Part shown: positions 11,189-19,649 of the stretch, in pieces
Position numbering within the stretch: the stretch's first letter is position 1
Layout: the number at the start of each line of letters is the position of its first letter
Translations under genes and position numbers: made by a program
Source: an uncultured Nitrospiraceae bacterium
GTDB lineage: Bacteria; Nitrospirota; Nitrospiria; Nitrospirales; Nitrospiraceae
Assembly (NCBI GenBank): GCA_963706325.1
Contig: CAVPLT010000007.1
Span: 320,001-384,000 of the forward strand
Direction of reading: 5' to 3'
Length of the DNA stretch: 64,000 nucleotides
The notes under the pieces: generated by a model
The model's input: the letters and a program-made list of their open reading frames with translations, nothing else
Told to the model about the DNA's origin: nothing
The model's database searches: none

Positions 11189-12016
11189 ATGGCATTAGTT
11201 GTCAATACCAACATCTCGTCCCTGGCCGCGCAGCGGAACCTGTCGGTCAACCAAGCCTCATTGGCGAAATCGGTTGAGCATTTGTCGTCTGGCTTGCGCA
11301 TTACCCGCGCATCCGACGATGCGGCAGGATTGGGCGTGTCCGAAACCTTGCGAGCGCAGATCCGCAGCATCAACCAAGCCACCCGTAACGCGGGCGACGG
11401 CATCAGCTTGACGCAAACAGCGGATGGCGCGGCCGCGTCGATCGGTAGCCTGTTGGGCCGTATGCGCGAATTGGCCACGCAGGCGGCCAGTGGAACGGTG
11501 GGCACGACCGAGCGGTCGTACCTGGACCAGGAATTTGTGGCGTTGCGTTCTGAAATCGATCGTATCTCGACGACGACAGAATTCAACGGCCAAGCGTTGC
11601 TGAGCGGAAGCAGCAATACCTTCTCGGTGTTCGTCGGGTTCAAGAGCGGATCAGGCAATTCCTTGTCCGTGGCGCTCTCCGACCTCGATGTCGCCACGGT
11701 GGGCTTGACTGGGGCGAGCGTCTCGACGGCGGCGGCCGCACAGGCCGTGCTCTCCAACATCGACGGGGCCATCAGCTCGGTGGCGACCGCCCGTGCGAAT
11801 TACGGGTCGATTCAAAGCCGTTTCGATGCCGCGATTCAAAACCTTACGGTCACGGCAGAGAATTTCACGGCAGCCGATTCGCGGATCCGCGATGCGGACA
11901 TCGCGCAAGAAACTTCCCTGTTCACGAGGAACCAGATCCTCACACAGTCCGGCATTGCGATCTTGGCCCAAGCCAATGCACTGCCACAGCAAGCCTTAGC
12001 GTTGCTGCGAGGATAA
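11189..12016 (+). CDS. fliC: Flagellin (short, D0-D1 type)
   Basis: MALVVNTNISSL, LSSGLRITRASDDAAGL, SRIRDADIAQE and ILAQANALPQQALALLRG. 275 aa. Confidence 0.98.
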   Translation: MALVVNTNISSLAAQRNLSVNQASLAKSVEHLSSGLRITRASDDAAGLGVSETLRAQIRSINQATRNAGDGISLTQTADGAAASIGSLLGRMRELATQAASGTVGTTERSYLDQEFVALRSEIDRISTTTEFNGQALLSGSSNTFSVFVGFKSGSGNSLSVALSDLDVATVGLTGASVSTAAAAQAVLSNIDGAISSVATARANYGSIQSRFDAAIQNLTVTAENFTAADSRIRDADIAQETSLFTRNQILTQSGIAILAQANALPQQALALLRG

Positions 12017-12029
12017 GCCATCATCCGTC

Positions 12030-12059
12030 GGAGAGCTTTCTCGCAAGAGAGAGCTCTCC
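12030..12059 (+). terminator. Stem-loop after fliC
   Basis: GGAGAGCTTTCTC-GCAA-GAGAGAGCTCTCC, 13 bp after the stop. No clear U-tract. Confidence 0.6.
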
Positions 12060-12300
12060 ACGGACTGATCGACAGTGAATTAAGGCATATTCTCTCCTTA
12101 CTTGCTTAACCGATCCATCCTAGTCTCCTCAGGGTGCCGCTGCCCTCGATCGTTCGGCGTCGCTGCCGTCTGAGAGCGATCAGCTGGAGACTCCTCATAG
12201 ACTAGGACCCTGGCCACGGCGAGTGCCCCGATAAGGCGTGCAGCATAGAAGGACTGTATTGAGGAGGCGTTCTCGTTCCCTCACATCCACCTGTGACATC

Positions 12301-12657
12301 TCAATAGCCCACGCAGAGCGGGGCTTCTGTCCAGCTGCTGCTAGACGGCCGTCGTTTGTCGATATGACCCACATAAAACCGGAGCCGCAGTTGGTCGTCT
12401 CCGGCCATCCGGATGAACTCAATGCCCGCCTTGCCATCCTGGGTCCATCGCACAATTCCAAGGTCGATGCGCATGGGCCGGTGCTTGTCCAGGTATACGC
12501 GGAGTTGGACTGGCTGCCCACGTTCTAAGACAACCGCCGTCTCGATGAGACAGCCGGGTACCGTCAAATCTAAAATCTGCCCTTCTCCAACGCGTGCGCC
12601 GCAGGACAGGGTCACTTTACACGTCGTTGCTTTCCGCGCACTGTAGCGTGTCTTCAC
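12301..12657 (-). CDS. PilZ-domain protein
   Basis: From GTG 12657 (AAGGAGG RBS): RYSAR (RxxxR), DLTVPGCLIE and VRW...AGIEF. The upstream part of the 255-aa track ORF is overlap with the next gene. Confidence 0.85.
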   Translation of the reverse strand: MKTRYSARKATTCKVTLSCGARVGEGQILDLTVPGCLIETAVVLERGQPVQLRVYLDKHRPMRIDLGIVRWTQDGKAGIEFIRMAGDDQLRLRFYVGHIDKRRPSSSSWTEAPLCVGY

Positions 12658-13061
12658 ACGGGCCTCCTTGTTGTCATCGGGCAGGTGAATGGGGGCGAAT
12701 CCACTGTCGCATCCACGACGAAGTCCTCCTCTGCCAAATAGTCCCCAAGCCGCAATTGTTCGGCGACGGCAATAGTGACAAATTCCACACGGATTGCATT
12801 CGAACACGCCCAGGTGACCTTGGCCTGGTTGATCTGCAGGACCGAAGTGAGGCCTGGCAGATAAATCGACAGTTCCAGCGCGTCCCATGCTGTGAGATGC
12901 TGGCCAGTTCGAATGGTGCACCCGCTGGCTGAGAGGGATTCGAGGCGGCCGGTGTACGCACTGACAGCACCGGCGATCACGGCTCTGAAATCGACACGAC
13001 AGGACACCGCCCTCGTCGGCGACAGGGTCACTGCTCTTGCTCCGGTCGTCGTGTGGCTCAT
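12654..13061 (-). CDS. PilZ-like domain protein (degenerate)
   Basis: GRLESLSASGCTI, LELSIYLPG, QAKVTW...VEF. GTGA overlap with the downstream PilZ gene. Confidence 0.75.
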   Translation of the reverse strand: MSHTTTGARAVTLSPTRAVSCRVDFRAVIAGAVSAYTGRLESLSASGCTIRTGQHLTAWDALELSIYLPGLTSVLQINQAKVTWACSNAIRVEFVTIAVAEQLRLGDYLAEEDFVVDATVDSPPFTCPMTTRRPV

Positions 13062-13352
13062 GTTTCAAGCGTAGCCGGGGAGTGGTGGTCTGCCTATGCC
13101 ACGGAGGACGGAGGGCGAGGGACTACGGAGGGTGGGGGAAGGCGGAGAGTACACGCACTCTATGAATGGGTCAGCGAATGGCTGGATCCCCTGTCCGATC
13201 GACTTGTTCAAGCTCTCGATCGACGGCGCTCCACCGTGTGCTCAGTTGATGCGGTGGTGCGAAGCCAGTAGGCCAAGACGAACACCATGGCTAGCAACAC
13301 ACCCAACAAGAGCGCGCTTCCAAGGTGTTTCATCCGGGCATCCTTCCCTGCT

Positions 13353-13604
13353 TCATGCTGTAGAGCCGTGGAGGAACTGAACACCAAACTCCGAGGCGCG
13401 AGCCCAGGTCACCAGTCCATTCTCAAGCTTGACACGCGCTGCATCCGGAAGATGAAGGGGCAGCGACACCATCATGCCGGGACTGACCGGCAACCAGCTC
13501 TCGACGTGGCAGCGCTGAGGATAAAACGCCCAGACGCGCCCAGTTCCGATCGCACCCGAGATGGGAATATCTTCTATATCCGCAGGTGACGCAGGTGTGT
13601 GCAT
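13353..13604 (-). CDS. Short degenerate PilZ-like protein
   Basis: GTGRVW...CHVES...PGMMVSLPLHLPD...GLVTWARASEFGVQF. c-di-GMP motifs are absent. Confidence 0.6.
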   Translation of the reverse strand: MHTPASPADIEDIPISGAIGTGRVWAFYPQRCHVESWLPVSPGMMVSLPLHLPDAARVKLENGLVTWARASEFGVQFLHGSTA

Positions 13605-13814
13605 GGCTGCGACTCTAGTCGCGTGCTGCGGGAAGGAGTATTCCGCGTCGGAAGGGAGCTGCTGTACGAGTGAGAGCGCGAAGGGGAAAATTCAAGCGAG
13701 AGTGCCCACTAACGGGGCGGCGCAGTCAGGTGTATGGACTCAATGCGTGTCACGCCGGAGGCTCCGGAAAGGGTTATTCCTCTTGAGGAGGCCTTAGTGT
13801 GCCGGATCGGCGGC

Positions 13815-14093
13815 TCATGGCAGGAGGTCGTGTGAGACTGAAGTGTCGATACTTTCGTGCCACGGCCAAGGCTGAGGCTTGCGGCGCTGCCGATGCAAGT
13901 CGGAGCTCCCGGCGATCAACTCGCATCCCTCAACAAGCAGTTTCACCCTGTCCAAAACTTGTCGAGCCTGGTGAGATGTAACGCTTTCGAAAATGAAAGC
14001 GTCCAGGGTCTGTTGGATCAACCGGTCGGCGACTTCAGGCGATAGGTCTCCTTCGCGGCGTGCATCAATTCGGTCGAATGAATCCAGCATCAA
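13815..14093 (-). CDS. Hypothetical protein
   Basis: 92-aa helical ORF. No family recognised. Confidence 0.35.
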   Translation of the reverse strand: MMLDSFDRIDARREGDLSPEVADRLIQQTLDAFIFESVTSHQARQVLDRVKLLVEGCELIAGSSDLHRQRRKPQPWPWHESIDTSVSHDLLP

Positions 14094-14496
14094 ACCGTTC
14101 CCTGGTGAGATGGTACTGTGACCCTTGCCCTGTGCATCGGGTACCTTCCGTGGTCAAGGCGGTGCGTGTAGTACAACATTTGCTATGTTCATTTTGCTTA
14201 CTTCACTGCACGGTGCTACTGGGCAAACCCCTGAATCGCGGTGAGTTGGACCCCTGCCGCGTGAACAGCTTAGGTTTAAGCCCCATCGGTTCCTGTACTG
14301 TATGCCGTGGTGAATGCATGGAAGTCTCTCCTCGTCCTTGCTAGCGAGGAGAGCATCGCAGCGGTCCATCAAGGACCATGCGTAGTATCTCATGACGGAC
14401 CATTCCACGATGTCGGTGGTGTGTCGTTCAACGCAGAATACAGCAGGCTTACCTCAGACGCGCTAAGTCTTTGACTTCTCGACGGACGTTTTTAAC

Positions 14497-14592
14497 TTAC
14501 CACGACAGACAAGTGATCCCTACAATCCAAATCAACGATACCACCACCTCCACTACCACCGCGCCAACCACCCAATAATCAGGGCCATCCAT
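14497..14592 (-). CDS. Putative 31-aa small membrane protein
   Basis: MDGPDYWVVGAVVVEVVVSLIWIVGITCLSW*, with AAAGGA upstream. Below the ORF-track cutoff. Confidence 0.35.
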   Translation of the reverse strand: MDGPDYWVVGAVVVEVVVSLIWIVGITCLSW

Positions 14593-15370
14593 TCAGTCCG
14601 TGTCCTTTATCTAAGGATGAGGTCAAACAACGTAGTGGAACACGGCAGGGTTGGAAGTGTCGATGTGTCTAATTAGGCATTGCAAAATGTACGTAGATGA
14701 AGGAACAAAGGCGAGAATCACGGCACAGAGGTCTATTGGAGGGATTCAGTAGGTCGTCCCACGTCTTACTTCCGAAGAGTAAAGAAGTGGAAAAAGCTGA
14801 GGGCGAAAAGCGGACTTAAAAGGTCAAGACTGCCTCCCCCGTTGGGTATGAGACTCATTAGGGAAATGCGCGGTTAAAACAAGCGCCTGTCCCTAACAGA
14901 GAGGTGGCGGAGTACCGACGTAGACTCTAGGAAGGTTCGCGGTAGCTTCGGCTAGGCCACTTAGATTCAGCTTTGCGGTACGGGTGTGACTGAGGTTTAC
15001 GTATCAGTAGGCGCTTGAATAGACCGGCCAGGCTTGCGAAGGACAGCACGGTGAGAACAAGGGCTAACATTTCTCACAATATCGCCCTGCGACAAAAGTG
15101 TCAAATGCTGGTGGGTCATGCGGTGTAGGCAAGTTTTCGATTGGTGAGGGGAAGAGGTACGGATGACAGGAAGGTAATAGCATGGCCAATGAGCCGCGTA
15201 AGGGGCAGGCTGGGCCGGGGAGTCCGCCAAGCGGGGCGCGCTGCTGCTTTGATGCCTCCTCCCAAATTTAAACGACTAGACACCACCGAGGGGTTGATGA
15301 TCGCGCGATGGCACCGGCAAGGGTTGCTCCCAGTGTCGCGAGATCCTCACACCTTGCCATTATGGGGACC

Positions 15371-15855
15371 ATGCCTCGCAAACTCGAATCGGCCCACATC
15401 TCCTTCGGATTGGTGACACTCTCTGTCGGGGTCTATTCCGCCATCGACGAGCAAGACATTCACTTCAATCAACTCCATGCCCCCTGTGGCAGCCGGATCA
15501 AGCGGCAACGGGTGTGCCCGGTATGCATGCGCGAGGTCAACTACGACGAGTTGGTCAAAGGTTATGAAGTGGCGAAAGATGAATATGTCCGCATCTCGCA
15601 GGAGGAGCTCGACAATTTGCGAGCCACCGAATGTATCGGGAACGTGTCTTGGAATTGATCGAGGAAAAGGCGAACGGCAAAGCGGTCAAGCTCCATCCCA
15701 AAGCTCCCGCTCCGGTGACCGAGGTCGTGGATCTCATGCAGCGACTCAAAGACAGTCTCGCTCAAACGGCCGATAAGCGGCCGGTCCGTTCAAGGGCCAT
15801 GTCGGTACCCCGGACGACACAGACGGCCACGAAAGGGACCCAAGCTGGGAGATGA
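15371..15855 (+). pseudogene. ku: Ku (NHEJ) pseudogene with a large internal deletion and frameshift
   Basis: The N-terminal part (ISFGLV...DIHFNQLH...GSRIKRQRVCPVC...LVKGYEVAKDEYV) is joined at about 15630 to the C-terminal part in another frame (YRERVLELIEEK...VVDLMQRLKDSL). The central core is missing. Confidence 0.9.
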
Positions 15856-16679
15856 TGACGGGCGCCTACTCTTCCTCCGGCCTACACCGCATCTTACATG
15901 TCACAGATGCTGAATTACGGACCTGTCTGCGGGCCGCCTCGCTTCCTATCTCGACAGCGAAAAAACAGCTACTCTCCTACTCCTTTCAGCAGCTGTTGGT
16001 GTTGCGAACTACGAAGGGTTTCAGCGATGCCGGCGTCTCAGTCCGGCGGATCCGCAAGGTCCTCGCATCACTTCAGCGCCAATTAGGCGATGCCCGTTCC
16101 ATGGCCAGCGTCAAGGTGTATGCCTCGGACGTGGCGTGATCTCTGGGATGGGACGAATCGATGGCAACCCGACTCCGGCCAATATGTGCTGAATTTTGAG
16201 GCACGCCCCCCAGCCAGCGCGACGCCTCTGACCCCTCGCAGCCGCACCGCATTTCTCGTACGGAGTCGGCCCTGCTGTGGTGTAGTCGGGGAGAGGAACC
16301 CGAAGACCATGCGCCGGACGCAGCGTGCAAGGCGTATGAAGAAGCCGTACGGTTAGATCCGTCTTTGGGGGAGGCCCATGTGAATGTCGGACGGCCGTAC
16401 CATGAGGCCGGCAGACTAGCAGATGCGGAGTCAAGCTATCGCTCTGCGATCACTCACAGTCCAGATTTAGCCGTGGCCTACTTCAATTTTGGCGTGGTCC
16501 TGGAAGATCAAGGTCAGGACACGCGAGCGATTACGGCCTACCAGCAGGCCCTTCAGCTCGATGCCGTCTTTCACATGGCGCACTGCCACCTGGCGGAGCT
16601 GTATGAGCGACTCGGGCGTGCCAAGATGCGCTTCGCCACTATGCGGCCGCCAGACGTTGCCGTGGTAAGCCGGGCATAG
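15852..16679 (+). pseudogene. MerR-like HTH + TPR protein, frameshifted
   Basis: Segments YSFQQLLVLRTTKG...GVSVRRIRKVLASL, WQPDSGQYVLNFE and the TPRs (AHVNVG...AYFNFGVVLED...AYQQAL) are spread over several frames. Confidence 0.75.
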
Positions 16680-16758
16680 AATAGTCTCGAAGTGGCGGAC
16701 GAGATGGGACGTTACGTTTCAGAGTGCCGTGCTCGATCGCCCAGCCCTGTTTCATCGC

Positions 16759-17295
16759 TCATACTGAGTTTTCCAAGAGCGCCTGGATCGTCAGCGGCGC
16801 ATTGCCTTCCGTCCGATTGTTCACGAGCACATACGCCCGATGCTTCCTCGCAAGGGCCTGCTTCACCAAGCTCACGGTCTCCTGTCTCATGTCGGGTAGT
16901 GGTCTTACAATCTTGTCGTAGGGTCGATAGGCTTTGACTGCATCATGATATTTCGTGTTGCGTGGGGTGAGGAGCCGCAGGACTGTAAAGGGCGCGGTAA
17001 AGGTTTCATTCATGGCAGCATGTTGTTCTAACAGCGACGGCAGGGCGGTGTAGTGATTATAGATGTGGGCGGCGCCATGAGTCTTGAGGATCGCCCGATA
17101 GCGAGGGCCGATGATGGCTGGGTTGCGCACTTCGATGGCATATTCGTACCGCTTGGGCACATTCTCTAAGAACAGATCCAGCTTAGGCAGAAACGTCTGC
17201 GGGTCAAGGCCACTCCGTTGAAACTCTAGGATGAAGGGGCCGGTATGCTCGCAAAAGGCGTGGTCAAAGGGTGCGAGCACCATCTCGATAAAGGA
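16759..17295 (-). pseudogene. DUF72 family protein, 5'-truncated
   Basis: GPFILEFQ, YAIEVRN, AYVLVNNRTEGNAP. Only the C-terminal about 175 aa is present, and it abuts the divergent ROK gene. Confidence 0.8.
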
Positions 17296-17331
17296 CTAAC
17301 TACGGCTCTCTCCAGCTGTGGCACACTTGAG

Positions 17332-18045
17332 GTGGTGATAAAAAAACCTGAGAAGATTGATATTGGCGGCACCGGGATAAAGACGTTGGTCGTCAACGAA
17401 ATGGGCGAGCCGGTAGGAGAACGACTACGCGTACCGACGCCCCAACGCAGCACGCAACAAGCGGTAATCAAAACCATACAAGTCCTGGCTAAGAAAGCCG
17501 GTAGTTTCCACCGCGTGAGTGTCGGCTTTCCAGGAATCGTACGCAGTGGCATAGTGTCGGAGGCCGTAAACTTAGACCCCGCTTGGGAACAGTTTCATCT
17601 CACGAAGGCCCTCCAGCAGTTGTTTCGGAAGAAGCCGGTCCGTGCGGCCAATGATGCAGACATACAAGGCCTCGGTGCCGTCTCCGGAAAAGGCGTTGAA
17701 CTGGTGCTGACCCTGGGAACCGGCGTCGGTTTCTCGCTCTTCGTCAATGATGCGCTCGTGCCGAATGTGGAGGGGGGGAAGAACTGGCTCCGCCAATCGG
17801 AGCTCGAACGGATGGGAAATAAAGTGTGGAACAACCGCCTCATAAAGGTCCTCACCACGCTTGAGAAGATGTTCCATTATGATCGGCTCTACATTGGCGG
17901 TGGGAATGCTGTCAATGTGGAAATCGGCAAGTTGCCCCGAAATGTCAGCGTCGTTTCAAACCTGAATGGACTATTGGGAGGTATTGCATTATGGCGTGAT
18001 GGCTCCAATTCCAGCGCGTCGCTACCCAATGCTCCGCCCTCCTAA
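17332..18045 (+). CDS. ROK-family kinase, polyphosphate glucokinase-like (copy 1; N-terminus possibly truncated)
   Basis: [38 protein letters not shown]. The start is uncertain (GTG near 17332). Confidence 0.8.
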   Translation: MVIKKPEKIDIGGTGIKTLVVNEMGEPVGERLRVPTPQRSTQQAVIKTIQVLAKKAGSFHRVSVGFPGIVRSGIVSEAVNLDPAWEQFHLTKALQQLFRKKPVRAANDADIQGLGAVSGKGVELVLTLGTGVGFSLFVNDALVPNVEGGKNWLRQSELERMGNKVWNNRLIKVLTTLEKMFHYDRLYIGGGNAVNVEIGKLPRNVSVVSNLNGLLGGIALWRDGSNSSASLPNAPPS

Positions 18046-18714
18046 GCGTTCGCAAAATGTCGTTGAGACGGGTCACCTTAGATTATCACCCACCTAGGCC
18101 TGCTTTCTGCGGCCAGCGCGACAATTGAGGCTGAGGGAGTGGTTTAGTACCCTTCGCGATAAGGTCCTCGTCCTCTCACCAATCATACATGAGTGCATGG
18201 GCCGATCCGGATGATTTTCAGGAACGGCAGAAGGACTTGAACCAAAAGCCTAGCTCTCGTAGCAAACGACCCAGCAGCGCCGGCAACTAGAAGGGCAGGA
18301 AGTGTACATGCGATCTATATAGATGGCGGACTAGGGCTTTCGCGGCCTTGGCCGAGGCTCTGAGGCTGCCCTACGCCGTGCGACTTGAGAACGAGAGGCA
18401 CCAGCCATGCCTAGCGCTAATACTGAGTCCATGGTGGAAGGCTAGGTTAGGTTCCGCCTAGAGAGCATTCGATCGAGTCATCGCGGACTTCCTCTCACTG
18501 GCCGTGACCATCCAGCAACTGACGCTGATCGACGACGTGAGAGAGGAAGAACGAGGAGCATTTCTTAGGCCGCCAAAACTGTAAGATTGATTTCAAGGCC
18601 CTAGCTTCTTGCTTCCCCTTGGTAGATCCAGTTGCAAATTCCTGCACGACCGCACAATTTTAATTGAACCTTTGCGCTACCGTCGTAGTCTTCTAGTTCG
18701 TGTATGAGGCAGTC

Positions 18715-19146
18715 TTACACATACATCCGCCGGCTACCGCCAAGGGCCACCCAACCGCGCACGACCCGATACACGAACCAAAGCCCGACTAGAACCATAG
18801 GCAGCCACGCGACGAGAATGCCGATCCCAAAAGTCGCGATGATGAAGGCGACGCACAGCGAAACCCACAGCAGTCCGAACCAGAACGTTCGGATTTGCCA
18901 TCGAAAGTGCGATTCGAGCCAGGTTCCTCGCGCCTCGCCGCGCTTGAGGTAGTTCAGAATGACTGCGATAATCGACGGCCAACCAGTGAGGAATGCGCCG
19001 ACCACGGTCGCAGTGCCGATGATGCCGGTCAACAGGCTGAAGGCATGCAGCGCGTACACGACTTGTGTCCACGTGATGAGGGAATCCCGGACCTGTCCCA
19101 TCCCCGCCTCAGCTGTGCCATTGCTTTTTACCGGTCCGATGAACAT
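18715..19146 (-). CDS. DUF4870-like membrane protein
   Basis: VYALHA, IIAVILNYLKR, SHFRWQIRTFW, WFVYRVVRGW. Three transmembrane segments. Confidence 0.85.
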   Translation of the reverse strand: MFIGPVKSNGTAEAGMGQVRDSLITWTQVVYALHAFSLLTGIIGTATVVGAFLTGWPSIIAVILNYLKRGEARGTWLESHFRWQIRTFWFGLLWVSLCVAFIIATFGIGILVAWLPMVLVGLWFVYRVVRGWVALGGSRRMYV

Positions 19147-19241
19147 TCGCGCTCTAAAGCCTCGTCACGCAGTGCCCGTCAATCCATCGTTCGCTTTTTC
19201 TTCGCTTTGATTCGGCAGGAGATGGTGACATCGGGGGGTGT

Positions 19242-19383
19242 CTAGAATCCTGTTCCGATGCCGATTCCGCCGCGCGTGCCGCCTCCGCCGATACCGACGC
19301 CGATGCCAACAGACGGCCGGCCCCTTCGCCTAAAGGATCGGGTGGCTCATTCCACACGTGGAGGTGCTTGATTACCATCGTGG
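19242..19383 (-). repeat. Degenerate duplicate of the 3' end of the Slp gene (4845-4993)
   Basis: Near-identical DNA (e.g. gttccgatgccgattcc, ccaacagacggccggcc, ttccacacgtggaggtgcttgatt) with small indels. Confidence 0.85.
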
Positions 19384-19649
19384 TCAAAATACGGCGGTGG
19401 TAGCGGCTGAGATGACCGAATTCGATCCCGATCCCAGTTGGAGACGCGCTCGATAATCGGTCCAACCTGAACTCCATGTTGGTTTCTAAATTAGTGACTT
19501 TTGAGAAAGATAAAGATTTGTCGCTGATATATTCACTCGCGAGCAGAGAACCACCTTTCGGTAGGCGGGACTTTTCGCGTCACCACCAGAGGCGGCCATG
19601 CACCCTGGTTTAAAATGCGCTCCCGAACTGACCTTGTTTCATTCACCCA

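Noticed and set aside
12301..13068. 255-aa single ORF in the track
   Set aside because: Better explained as two coupled PilZ genes (12654-13061 and 12301-12657), with an RBS before GTG 12657.
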